DNA from: Candidatus Levyibacteriota bacterium
GTDB taxonomy: Bacteria > Patescibacteriota > Microgenomatia > Levybacterales > UBA12049
NCBI GenBank assembly: GCA_016199085.1
Contig: JACQHJ010000002.1
Location: forward strand, 31,000-94,999
Direction: 5' to 3'
Length of the DNA: 64,000 nt
A program made the position numbers and the translations under genes. Under the pieces are notes generated by a model. That model saw nothing but the letters and a program-made list of their open reading frames with translations. It was not told the origin of the DNA and ran no database searches. Shown one piece after another: positions 39,280 to 48,435 of the stretch. Every line of letters starts with the position of its first letter. Position 1 is the first letter of the stretch.

Positions 39280-39903
39280 ATGAGGAAAACTAAAACCGAA
39301 AAGGGAAGAAAAGCAATTATTAATTTCTTATTTGAAGTTGGAGCTCTCTCCAAAACTCCAAGATCAGCCTTCTACTTTCTCGGAAGCGGTGGCCAATCGG
39401 TATCAGAACACATTACAAGAACTGCATATATAGGTTATGTCCTTTCTATTTTAGATGGAAAAGTAGACGGCGCTAAAATAATGCAAATGTGTCTTCTGCA
39501 CGATCTTGCTGAAACAAGAACTTCTGATTTAAATTATGTCCACCAAAAATACACAATATCTGATGAGTATAAAGCAATAGAAGATTTGGCAGCTACTCTT
39601 CCTTTTGGAGAAAAAATTTTAAAAACCCTCAAAGAATATGCTGCAAGAAAATCAAGGGAGGCAATTCTTGCAAAGGAAGCAGATCGTCTGGAATGGATAT
39701 TGACCCTAAAAGAACAGGTTGATGTCGGAAATACAAGGGCAAAAACCTGGATTCCCTCTGGTGTTAAACGGCTTGAAACAAAAATAGGCAAAGAGCTTGC
39801 CAAAGTAATTGTAAAAACTAATTCGGATGACTGGTGGTTTTCAAATAAAAAAGATAGTTGGTGGGTAACAAGAAACAAAGATATCCTCAAGAAGAGATTT
39901 TAA
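39280..39903 (+). CDS. HD-domain phosphohydrolase (YfbR/HDDC2-like)
   Basis: R..QSVSEH, LLHDLAE.RTSD and ADRLE motifs. Confidence 0.9.
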   Translation: MRKTKTEKGRKAIINFLFEVGALSKTPRSAFYFLGSGGQSVSEHITRTAYIGYVLSILDGKVDGAKIMQMCLLHDLAETRTSDLNYVHQKYTISDEYKAIEDLAATLPFGEKILKTLKEYAARKSREAILAKEADRLEWILTLKEQVDVGNTRAKTWIPSGVKRLETKIGKELAKVIVKTNSDDWWFSNKKDSWWVTRNKDILKKRF

Positions 39904-39912
39904 ATTAATTTA

Positions 39913-40308
39913 ATGAATAAATATCAAAAAATAGTTAAAAAATTTGAAAAAGATAGGAATTGGGGACAGTTTCATAATCCTAAAGATTTACTCTTGGGAA
40001 TAGTTGAGGAGGTAGGAGAGCTAAGAAACATTGTTAAGTGGGAACAGGATCCTGAAGTCTTAAAGAAAACACTTATTAAAAATAAAGACGAGGTTGCCGA
40101 TGGTATAGGAGATATTTTTTTCCTTTTAGCGCATTTGGCAAACAGTAGCGGTGTCGATATAGATAAGGCTGTTGCAACAACAATTAAAGATTTAAGAAAA
40201 CGATTTCCGGTCAAGGATTTTAAAGATAATCATGGTAATCGGTATATTGAAGGTAAAGATAAGAAAGATGGAGTAAAGAAATCCAGAAACTTCAAAAAAC
40301 GCTCCTAA
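39913..40308 (+). CDS. MazG-like all-alpha NTP pyrophosphatase (dCTPase type)
   Basis: RNWGQFHNPKDL...EEVGEL...DGIGD. Confidence 0.88.
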   Translation: MNKYQKIVKKFEKDRNWGQFHNPKDLLLGIVEEVGELRNIVKWEQDPEVLKKTLIKNKDEVADGIGDIFFLLAHLANSSGVDIDKAVATTIKDLRKRFPVKDFKDNHGNRYIEGKDKKDGVKKSRNFKKRS

Positions 40309-40525
40309 AATTCCTCAATTGACATTTACATTTTATTAATATCCTAGCATTATCTCTAAAAGTAGAAACCTTTACAGCTTTTTGCAATAAATACTGGGTA
40401 CCAATTATTATCCTTACTTGCAATGGGAGCGGTAATAGGAGTAATCTAAGTTTTCAAAAAAACAGAACTTATTCTTGAAATTTTTCGTGTTTCATTATGA
40501 TAGCTGGGGACATTGATTCAGTAAG

Positions 40526-41059
40526 TTATATGGTAAAACGATAACGGGTCATTTTTAATCCTGGATATTTTTCTGCTTTTCCTTCTCTTTCTAATCTTTC
40601 CCAGATAGCTAGATGTGGGGGAAGTTCCTGATAAGAACTGGATCTTAGTGGCATGCCAAAAAACATATGGGAAAGAGCGTTCATTACCAGTAGTCTTTGT
40701 CTGCCCAGGCCTTTTCTTCTAAGTTTTTTTGCAGTAGAAGAAAAGCCTATAATCGGAAGCCCAATTTCGTCGATGTGGTCGGGTTGTATATTTCCATTAC
40801 CAGTAGGCCTATCGTTTTTATCAAAATCTTCGATGTGAATTTTTCCACCAAATCCTCCTGTTACGCCAAGAGTTTTACTGCCATCCGCATAACTTATCGC
40901 AAAAGCTACACTACCTTTTTTATGCTTTATGGTTTGTATTAATGAGTCGGGTAAAACTTCCGGACTTATTTCTGTAATAGTACCACTTGGGAAATGCGCC
41001 GCAAAAACTTCCGGGTTTAGGCTTAACTCATCTATCGTTGGTCCAGGCGTTTCCAACAT
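40526..41059 (-). CDS. Divergent GNAT-like protein (orphan class)
   Basis: Acetyl-CoA motif A-like LRRKGLGR and AIWERL; TATAAT-N8-ATG. Confidence 0.6.
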   Translation of the reverse strand: MLETPGPTIDELSLNPEVFAAHFPSGTITEISPEVLPDSLIQTIKHKKGSVAFAISYADGSKTLGVTGGFGGKIHIEDFDKNDRPTGNGNIQPDHIDEIGLPIIGFSSTAKKLRRKGLGRQRLLVMNALSHMFFGMPLRSSSYQELPPHLAIWERLEREGKAEKYPGLKMTRYRFTI

Positions 41060-41092
41060 AATAACGGATTATATCATTATGGAATTGATATA

Positions 41093-41121
41093 TTGACAAA
41101 ATGCCCATTTTAATGTACATT
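41093..41121 (+). promoter_or_regulatory. Toxin-antitoxin promoter with palindromic operator
   Basis: TTGACA-N17-TACATT; palindrome AATGTACATT overlaps the -10 box, with imperfect AAATGCCCATTT upstream. Confidence 0.65.
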
Positions 41122-41127
41122 TATATT

Positions 41128-41397
41128 ATGACACAGGTAATACCAGTAACAGAAGCTAGAAGAATACTTCTTAGTCTTGTAGACGAAATAAATGAGGCAT
41201 ATACAAGAGTAGATTTAACTAAAAACGGTAAGGTTAAAGCTACTTTAGTTTCTCCTGACTATCTTGATTCTCTAGAGGAGACAATTTATAGTCTTAAAAA
41301 CTCTTACTCAGATATTAAGCTTTCTGAAAAAGAATTAAAACTAGGTAGGTTCTTAACATTAGAAGAAGTTAAAAAGAAATATAGCAATAAACAATAG
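41128..41397 (+). CDS. Phd/YefM family antitoxin
   Basis: IPVTEARR, LTKNGK..ATLVS and SLEETI motifs. Confidence 0.9.
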   Translation: MTQVIPVTEARRILLSLVDEINEAYTRVDLTKNGKVKATLVSPDYLDSLEETIYSLKNSYSDIKLSEKELKLGRFLTLEEVKKKYSNKQ

Positions 41398-41403
41398 CTT
41401 CAA

Positions 41404-41661
41404 ATGTCAGCCAAAAATCTACACATATCTCAAAGCGTTGATAAAAATCTATCAAAACTCCCAAAACATATACAGACAAGAATAATTTCATCCTTTGATA
41501 AAATTATTCAAAATCCAGTTTCTGGTATTAAGTTACATGGAGAGCTTAAGAATTACTATAAATTTAGAGTTGGAGATTACAGAATAATATATAGCTTTAA
41601 TGCAAAAGAAAGTTTAATACAAATAGTTAAAATCGAACATCGTCAAGGTGTATATAAATAA
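41404..41661 (+). CDS. RelE/ParE family toxin
   Basis: KL.GEL..YKFRVGDYRIIY and HRQGVYK motifs. Confidence 0.92.
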   Translation: MSAKNLHISQSVDKNLSKLPKHIQTRIISSFDKIIQNPVSGIKLHGELKNYYKFRVGDYRIIYSFNAKESLIQIVKIEHRQGVYK

Positions 41662-41912
41662 ACCCTAATGTCATCTATACCACGGAGCAAATTTTAGCCT
41701 CATGATTGACTTCTAATATAATTAGCTTTATATGAACCTATCAATCGGGACGGCAAGAGCGCAAATCAACATTTTAGCTTCCCGTTTGTTGTAAAAATTA
41801 AGCTTCCTCCTCCGAGAATTGCAAAGGAAATATCTCCTCTACGGCTATAAACTAGTATTCTTCCAGAAAATATAACCTTGACCTTCAAGAAAGAAAAAGT
41901 TAGAATTCGTGC

Positions 41913-42881
41913 ATGGGTTTTCCTTATCATGAATTAATTCCCGCTGCTGTGCTCTTGGATAATCCGGGACTGACTAAGGAAGAATTTAGTAGAAAACTGC
42001 AAGCTACTCATTATTCATTAGGCGTAGCCAGCAGGAGCGCTTCTTGGGATTCGTATACAGAAAGTGAAAGTTTTACTCCTGAAGAACTGCCAATAATTCT
42101 AGGACTTAGTTATTCAAGTGCTTTCACAGAGTTTCAAAAACCAAGACGGGATGTAAACGGAATATTTCTTCACCCACCAACCATGCGAATTGTTTTCCAA
42201 AATACAGACAAAGGTTTAGCCGCGGAAAGATATGAAGTAACAACTCATGTGGCAAACGCATTAGGAGAAATGGAACAAAAATCTATTTCAAGTCGAAGAA
42301 ATATTCGCGCAGGAGAAGCCATAACTTTCATTAATGCATATTTAGAAGACGTAGATTATCTAGTAAGTTCAGTTGCGAGAAAATCTATTCAAGGGCAAAG
42401 AATTACGCCCCAACTTCACACTGAAAGTTTTGCGACATTTGAGGACTTATACAGAGTATGGCCACAATTTAAGCCAGAGAGCATGTACGATTTCTCTACC
42501 ACTCAAGGAAAATTTAATTTTGTATTTGGCGGAGGTAATTTTATATGGAAACAAGTTGATGGGAAATTTTATTTGGATCAGTCCACATTTGATCGCATAC
42601 CTGCAGGATTTTTGGTAAATGAAGATTTAAATTTAGGATACGCTGATCTAATTTTAACAGCCGAAGCAATAAGGCAAAGTGCTTGGAAATTATTGTCTTA
42701 TAGAGGATTATTTTATTTAAGAGATTTTCTTACTGCATTTCCAGATTCAAGAGCAAGATATGAAAGAGCAGTTTGGGATTCTCATACCTCCCTGTTTGCT
42801 AAAAGAAAAGGGATGACAAACACAGAGTTTCTGAGAATGAGACTTTTCCCCCTCTCTGGTGTTAGCGTAGAAGAAAAATAG
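41913..42881 (+). CDS. Hypothetical protein (orphan class)
   Basis: 322-aa ORF; TTGACC...TAGAAT-N6-ATG. Confidence 0.7.
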   Translation: MGFPYHELIPAAVLLDNPGLTKEEFSRKLQATHYSLGVASRSASWDSYTESESFTPEELPIILGLSYSSAFTEFQKPRRDVNGIFLHPPTMRIVFQNTDKGLAAERYEVTTHVANALGEMEQKSISSRRNIRAGEAITFINAYLEDVDYLVSSVARKSIQGQRITPQLHTESFATFEDLYRVWPQFKPESMYDFSTTQGKFNFVFGGGNFIWKQVDGKFYLDQSTFDRIPAGFLVNEDLNLGYADLILTAEAIRQSAWKLLSYRGLFYLRDFLTAFPDSRARYERAVWDSHTSLFAKRKGMTNTEFLRMRLFPLSGVSVEEK

Positions 42882-42930
42882 TCAAACTCATCTTCTTCCA
42901 GAAGACATAGACCTCTGCTATAATTGCCTC

Positions 42931-44028
42931 ATGTTAGGGATTGGAATTGTCGGTCTTCCAAATGTTGGAAAATCAACGCTTTTTAACGCGCTTTTGAAAA
43001 AACAGCAGGCTTTGGCTGCAAACTATCCCTTTGCCACAATTGAGCCAAACATAGGAGTTGTTGCTGTCCCTGATGAAAGACTAACCAAGCTTGCCGAAAT
43101 AACAAGTAAAGAGGAGAAAATGGCAAGTCTTCCCCCCATTAAGCCGGCTACTGTTGAATTTGTCGATATTGCAGGACTTGTTAAGGGAGCCAGTGAGGGA
43201 GCAGGACTTGGCAACAAATTCCTTTCTCACATAAGAGAGGTTTCGGTCATAGCCCACGTTGTAAGAAGTTTTGAAGACGATAATGTCATAAAAGAAGGAG
43301 CAGTTGATCCAAAATCAGACTTTGAAACAATTAGAACCGAACTTCAGATTGCAGACTTACAAACTCTGCAAAATCTCAATGAAAAAGCCTTAAGAACAGA
43401 TCCTGTTAAAAAATCCGTCGTCGAAAAACTAAAGGCAGTTTTAAATGAAGGAAAAAATGCATTTGAAATAAAGCTTTCCGAGGAAGAAAGTATTTCAATT
43501 AAGGAATTAAGTCTTTTAACTGCAAAAAAAGAAATTGTTGTTTTAAATATTTCAGAAGGGGATTATAATCCCGAGTCAATTGCAAACATTGTTAGTAAAT
43601 ACTCGGACCTTCTTAAAATTGATGGTGAAAAACTTGTCGTAATCTGTGCAAAAATAGAATCTGATTTAGCATCGCTTTCCGAGGATGAACAGAAAGAATA
43701 CTTAAAAAGCTTAGGAATTGATAAGTCAGGTCTTGAAAGACTCATTCAAAAAGCATACCTAGAACTTGGTCTTATTTCTTTTTTAACAGCCGGAGTTAAG
43801 GAGGTAAGGGCATGGACAATTAAAAAAGGTTTTACAGCTTCCTTGGCAAGCGGAGAAATTCATACGGATTTTATGAAGAAATTTATAAAAGCAGAGGCCG
43901 TATCCTTTGAAAATTTTGTAGAGTATGGTGGATGGAAAGGCGCAAGGGAGAAGGGAAAAGCAAGGCTTGAGGGAAGGGATTATATTGTTAATGATGGAGA
44001 TATTATTGAGTTTAAGATAGGGACTTGA
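42931..44028 (+). CDS. ychF: Redox-regulated ATPase YchF
   Basis: [25 protein letters not shown] and TGS domain. Confidence 0.97.
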   Translation: MLGIGIVGLPNVGKSTLFNALLKKQQALAANYPFATIEPNIGVVAVPDERLTKLAEITSKEEKMASLPPIKPATVEFVDIAGLVKGASEGAGLGNKFLSHIREVSVIAHVVRSFEDDNVIKEGAVDPKSDFETIRTELQIADLQTLQNLNEKALRTDPVKKSVVEKLKAVLNEGKNAFEIKLSEEESISIKELSLLTAKKEIVVLNISEGDYNPESIANIVSKYSDLLKIDGEKLVVICAKIESDLASLSEDEQKEYLKSLGIDKSGLERLIQKAYLELGLISFLTAGVKEVRAWTIKKGFTASLASGEIHTDFMKKFIKAEAVSFENFVEYGGWKGAREKGKARLEGRDYIVNDGDIIEFKIGT

Positions 44029-44066
44029 TTGACTTCTGAAATTCTAAACTGTAAAATTGGCAAATT

Positions 44067-45479
44067 ATGTTAGGTGAATATCGACCAGCTACTATTCCGC
44101 GACCGGAAATTCTAAGAAGAGTTGATTTAGAAGATAGGCTGGCAAAAAGAGTTTTCATTACCGGGGCATATATGCAAACTCCATTTGGGGGATTAAGAAG
44201 CACGCTAGATGCAAGATTAAGGGGAGAATCTGCTGTAGTTTCATTTCCTGATACTGGAATTGATGATGTAAGTGTTGCTGCTCCTTTAAATTTCAATGCT
44301 AGAGAACATCTAGATTTAGGAAGAGAAGATAAATGGTATTCGGAACTTGCAGTTTTGGAACTATATGTAATTACTCAGGCTCTTGGTAGTGCTTCTATGT
44401 TGGATGAGAATGGAAGACTAGACGTAACACGATTAAATGCATATAAAGGTGGTCTTTTTGGTAATTCAGGAATAGGTCAGGCATTAGGCCTTGTAGATAT
44501 ACACGATATGATTAAGCTGAACAATGATCTAAGAAGACAGTTGGCTAGTGGAGAAATTGATAGAGCAACGTTTTTAGAACGACGAGCGGTTATTAAGGGA
44601 TCAGATGCTTTTCGGGCCTTTCCAGACCAAGGTAATTCAAGGACAGCTGAATATCATAAGCTTATGGGGAAAGGAAATTATGCTTCACAGGCTTGTGCAT
44701 CAGGTCAAGCTGCAGTAGTTGATGCATACGAAAGCATAAAAAGCGGAAAAAACCGTTGGGCAATAGCTGGAGGAATTGAAAGATCCCTAACCCATCCTGA
44801 ATTATCTTTTGCCTCATTTGATATCTTGCATTCATTGTCGCATAATCCCGATCCTCAAAGCGCAAGTAGACCGCTTGATAGAAATAGAGATGGTTTTATT
44901 ATTGGTGAAGGAGCAGGATACTTAATCTTAGAAAGTGAGGATCAGGCTTTGGAAAGAGGAGCAACGATACTTGCAGAGATCACTGGGGGAGAAAACGTAA
45001 TGGACGGATTCAAGAAAACAGAGGCAAATCCAGACAGAATTGCTATGGCCATAGGAAAGACATGTGAGGTAGGAGCAGAAGAGGCAACGGAGGAAACTCC
45101 AGAAGGAGATATTGTTTTTCCAGACGTTGCTTATTTACATTTAACGTCAACTGAGCTTGGAGATAGAGTAGAGATAGAAGCAATAAGAAAAGTTTGGGGA
45201 GAATATACCAGATATATTCCTTTAGTAGGCAATAAGTCTGCTTTTGGCCACGCACTTGGAGCAGCAGGGGCAATTAATACTATTGAGGCAGTTTATGGAA
45301 TTATTGACGGAGTTGTTGCTCCGACCATACATCTTAGGGAAAGAGGAGAAGAATTTGAGGACTTAGATGTTGTAGAAACAGCAAGAAGGATTAATCCTCA
45401 GACCGCGCTAGTTACAGCTAATGGATTTGGCGGTTGGACCTCTGCCCTTCTTTTAAAAAAGTTTGATCCAGCAGCTTAG
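44067..45479 (+). CDS. Divergent beta-ketoacyl-ACP synthase II (FabF/KAS-like)
   Basis: ACASG catalytic Cys, SRPLDRNRDGFIIGEGAG, LHLTST, KSAFGHALGAAG and NGFGG. Confidence 0.88.
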   Translation: MLGEYRPATIPRPEILRRVDLEDRLAKRVFITGAYMQTPFGGLRSTLDARLRGESAVVSFPDTGIDDVSVAAPLNFNAREHLDLGREDKWYSELAVLELYVITQALGSASMLDENGRLDVTRLNAYKGGLFGNSGIGQALGLVDIHDMIKLNNDLRRQLASGEIDRATFLERRAVIKGSDAFRAFPDQGNSRTAEYHKLMGKGNYASQACASGQAAVVDAYESIKSGKNRWAIAGGIERSLTHPELSFASFDILHSLSHNPDPQSASRPLDRNRDGFIIGEGAGYLILESEDQALERGATILAEITGGENVMDGFKKTEANPDRIAMAIGKTCEVGAEEATEETPEGDIVFPDVAYLHLTSTELGDRVEIEAIRKVWGEYTRYIPLVGNKSAFGHALGAAGAINTIEAVYGIIDGVVAPTIHLRERGEEFEDLDVVETARRINPQTALVTANGFGGWTSALLLKKFDPAA

Positions 45480-45569
45480 TTTGTATTCGTAATGCCATTA
45501 TTTGTATAATCATTTTATGATAGAAGTGGACTACCCTAGGATGTTCTTGGAAAAGAAGAAAAGGTTGGT

Positions 45570-46307
45570 CTATTTTGTTCTAGCAGCTTCCAGAAGTGTA
45601 TTTTTCCATCCTCCGATAAATTGATCTCCTGGGCAAGTAGTTTTCGGATTAATTTCTCTATGCCCAAAGATTCTCCCTAAAGAAACAAAGGGGTAATTTT
45701 GTTTAATAATATCAACAACTGCATTTATTTGATTGTCTTGCGGACTTTTATGCTTATAATCTCCTGCTAAAACTATGGCAACGCTTCTTGTATTAATATC
45801 CCAGTCGCCGGACTGCCAACCGATATATTTGTCTTCCAAAAGTCTTTTATTCTTTCCGTTTGGAAAAACAATATGGTGATACGCAAAAAATACCATTTTT
45901 CCGTTCCTGAAATGACCCGACCAGACTGGCTGTCCTTTTACATTATTTCCGTTAACCTCTCCTTTTAGATAGTTACTTCCATATTGCCTAATAAATCCTA
46001 TTGCCGAAAGCTTATCTAATTTCATATGCGGATCTTCATCGCTATGATGAATGACAATAGTGTCAATGGGTTTTCTTTCCTTATCAAAATTAGGACCCTC
46101 TTTGGCTAGGGAAATAAGGTTTTCTTCAAGCATTTGGGTTACGAGATCATAAAATATATGCCTTTCTGTTTTAATTTCAGGATTATCTTCTATGGGGAAA
46201 ACTTTTGTGTTCAAAAAATCAGAAAGCCTTATGTACCAATTGGGATATTGAAGCTGTTTTCTAAATAAGTCCAAATCAAAGCTTGATTTATCATTTGCTA
46301 GTCCCAT
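45570..46307 (-). CDS. N-acetylmuramoyl-L-alanine amidase (Amidase_2/PGRP)
   Basis: IVIHHS, AYH, NTRSVAI, GHREI and TTCPG motifs; start MGLAND. Confidence 0.88.
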   Translation of the reverse strand: MGLANDKSSFDLDLFRKQLQYPNWYIRLSDFLNTKVFPIEDNPEIKTERHIFYDLVTQMLEENLISLAKEGPNFDKERKPIDTIVIHHSDEDPHMKLDKLSAIGFIRQYGSNYLKGEVNGNNVKGQPVWSGHFRNGKMVFFAYHHIVFPNGKNKRLLEDKYIGWQSGDWDINTRSVAIVLAGDYKHKSPQDNQINAVVDIIKQNYPFVSLGRIFGHREINPKTTCPGDQFIGGWKNTLLEAARTK

Positions 46308-46341
46308 ATAATTACTATATCGCAAGAGAAAGATTAATGTA

Positions 46342-47340
46342 ATGGCAGAAGTAAAGCAAGTCTCAGACAATATAGAAGCCAAAATAACTGCAAGAAAAGA
46401 AAGAATAACCCAAGAAGTAGATAAGATTGATACGCTTTTTGAAGTAGAACATCTTCCTGGATTTGAGGATAGAGTGGGATATTTTCCAATTCTAGACAAT
46501 TTGGCAGGAAGGCCTGTCTTAGCCAGGTTTTCATATGGTAAAAACGCCCCAAATATGTCTGCAAAATTTTTTGATAATAATAAAGGCGAAAGCGAAGTAA
46601 CAAATGAGAGAAATAGACGTGAATTCTTAGAACAATTGGGTTTTCCAAACTACCCATTTGTTTTACAAACGGTCGGAGCATTTGAAGGAGCAGAGCCACA
46701 GATAGAAGAAGTAAATGTGGATACGTTGAAAGATAAAACAAAAGTCGTTGGAAATATAGTTTTTACAAGAGATCCCGAACTTACTCTGGACATTATTCCC
46801 GCAGATTGTCCAACGGGTGTTTTGTATTGCAAAGATAGTCAAGGTAATCCGATTGCAGCTATCCTTCACGGAGGAGCGGATGCTCTTAATGCAGGAATGA
46901 TAAGGCAAGGTTTATGGGTCTTGCGAGATGAATACGGAGTTGATTTAAGTCAAGCCGTGCTTGGTATAGCTCCAGGAGTTTTAGCAAAAAACTATTTTAT
47001 AACTAATGAGCCTGAACGAAGAGGAAACGGCATTATTGAAAGAAACTGGGGAGATTATATAACCGAGAAGACAACAGATGATCCTTCTGAAAAAAGATAC
47101 GTGGATTTAACAAGCGCTTTTGTGATGCAGGCTCTGGAAGCAGGACTTAATACTGATAATATTCAGACATACGGTGGAGTAGACACTTATCAGGACGCTT
47201 CTGACGAAAAAGCATATTCAAGAAGGTATTATAATGAACATGATAAAAAAAGACCTGGAGGCCAAATTTTAGCAGTTCGCCTAAATCCAGATGCCGTAAA
47301 TAAAAGCTCAGGGCTATATAGTTTGCCCCAAGCAGCTTGA
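46342..47340 (+). CDS. Divergent YfiH/PgeF (laccase-domain) family protein
   Basis: PADC, ILHGG, IAPG, VDL, DTY and YSRR motifs. Confidence 0.75.
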   Translation: MAEVKQVSDNIEAKITARKERITQEVDKIDTLFEVEHLPGFEDRVGYFPILDNLAGRPVLARFSYGKNAPNMSAKFFDNNKGESEVTNERNRREFLEQLGFPNYPFVLQTVGAFEGAEPQIEEVNVDTLKDKTKVVGNIVFTRDPELTLDIIPADCPTGVLYCKDSQGNPIAAILHGGADALNAGMIRQGLWVLRDEYGVDLSQAVLGIAPGVLAKNYFITNEPERRGNGIIERNWGDYITEKTTDDPSEKRYVDLTSAFVMQALEAGLNTDNIQTYGGVDTYQDASDEKAYSRRYYNEHDKKRPGGQILAVRLNPDAVNKSSGLYSLPQAA

Positions 47341-47390
47341 GGTTTATTTCTATCTTGCTTATAACTTCATGCTTTGATAAAATTAGAGCC

Positions 47391-47660
47391 ATGAGAAATT
47401 ACCAATTGGTTTTTGTTTTGAAACCGTCACTAACGGATGCAAACAGAAAAAAGACAATAGATTTAGTCAAAGATTTTCTAAAATCTGCAAAAATTACTAA
47501 AACTGATGAAATGGGAGAAAAAGATTTAGCCTATTCCATTAAAAAAGAAGCTAAGGGAGTATATTATAATTTCCTTTTTGAAGCAGAAGATATTACAGGG
47601 CTTGATAAAAGACTTATCGGAAACGAAGACATTTTAAGATCTTTACTTATAAGAGTATAA
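47391..47660 (+). CDS. rpsF: 30S ribosomal protein bS6
   Basis: MRNYQLVFVLKP and GEKDLAYSIKK; rpsF-ssb-rpsR synteny. Confidence 0.93.
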   Translation: MRNYQLVFVLKPSLTDANRKKTIDLVKDFLKSAKITKTDEMGEKDLAYSIKKEAKGVYYNFLFEAEDITGLDKRLIGNEDILRSLLIRV

Positions 47661-47667
47661 TACAAAT

Positions 47668-48162
47668 ATGGCACGAAGTTTAAACAGAGTACAACTTATA
47701 GGAAATCTAACCAGAGATCCGGAGTTAAGATATACGCCGTCAGGGGCTGCTGTCTGCTCGTTTAGTATTGCAACAAATAGATCCTGGACAACCGATAGCG
47801 GAGAGAAAAAGGATGAGAGTGAGTTTCATCGAATCGTTGCCTGGAATAAGCTTGCCGAAATCTGTTCACAGTTTTTAACAAAAGGAAGAAAGGCATATGT
47901 TGAAGGAAGACTCTCGACCAGATCTTGGACAGGCCAAGACGGAGTCCAAAAACAGACAACCGAAATTATCATCTCAGACATGATTTTACTTGATAACAGA
48001 AGACCGGAAGGCGAGGTAACGTCTAAGCCTGCAACAGAGGAAGAAAAACCTAAAGCCAAAGAGAAGGCAAAAGAGGAAAAGAAGAAAGAATCAGCCCAAG
48101 AAACTGCAGAAGATCAAGAGCTACCTGGGGAGGATATAGCCGCAGACGATATCCCATTCTAA
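47668..48162 (+). CDS. ssb: Single-stranded DNA-binding protein
   Basis: LNRVQLIGNLTRDPELRYT and C-terminal DDIPF. Confidence 0.97.
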   Translation: MARSLNRVQLIGNLTRDPELRYTPSGAAVCSFSIATNRSWTTDSGEKKDESEFHRIVAWNKLAEICSQFLTKGRKAYVEGRLSTRSWTGQDGVQKQTTEIIISDMILLDNRRPEGEVTSKPATEEEKPKAKEKAKEEKKKESAQETAEDQELPGEDIAADDIPF

Positions 48163-48174
48163 AGAAAGATATAA

Positions 48175-48426
48175 ATGGCAAAAAGAAAGAAGAAATTTTT
48201 AAAACGGTTACAAAAGACTAACGCTCCTAAGGAGTGTTATTTTTGCACTGAAAAAAAAGATCCGGATTTCCTCGATTCCCAAACTCTTAACAGATTTGTA
48301 ACAGAAAGAGGAAAGATTATCGGAAGAGTAAGAAGCGGACTTTGCACAAAACACCAGAAAAAACTTACGGTTTCTGTAAAACACGCAAGACACTTAGCCA
48401 TACTTCCTTTTGTTATAAGAGGTTAA
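48175..48426 (+). CDS. rpsR: 30S ribosomal protein bS18 (zinc-binding form)
   Basis: CYFC, FVTERGKI, CTKHQ and ARHLAILP motifs. Confidence 0.95.
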   Translation: MAKRKKKFLKRLQKTNAPKECYFCTEKKDPDFLDSQTLNRFVTERGKIIGRVRSGLCTKHQKKLTVSVKHARHLAILPFVIRG

Positions 48427-48435
48427 AAACATAAA

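Noticed and set aside
39280-40308. Z-base (2-aminoadenine) biosynthesis cluster
   Set aside because: There is no PurZ/PurA homolog and no phage context in the window.
40309-40525. ORF-free gap with hydrophobic peptide fragments in shifting frames
   Set aside because: It may be a decayed membrane-protein gene, but no family signature supports a call.
41662-41912. Possible structured RNA (CGGGA...TCCCG pairing) or 20-aa ORF downstream of the toxin gene
   Set aside because: Pairing is weak, with no terminator or recognisable RNA motif. It is more likely degraded coding sequence.
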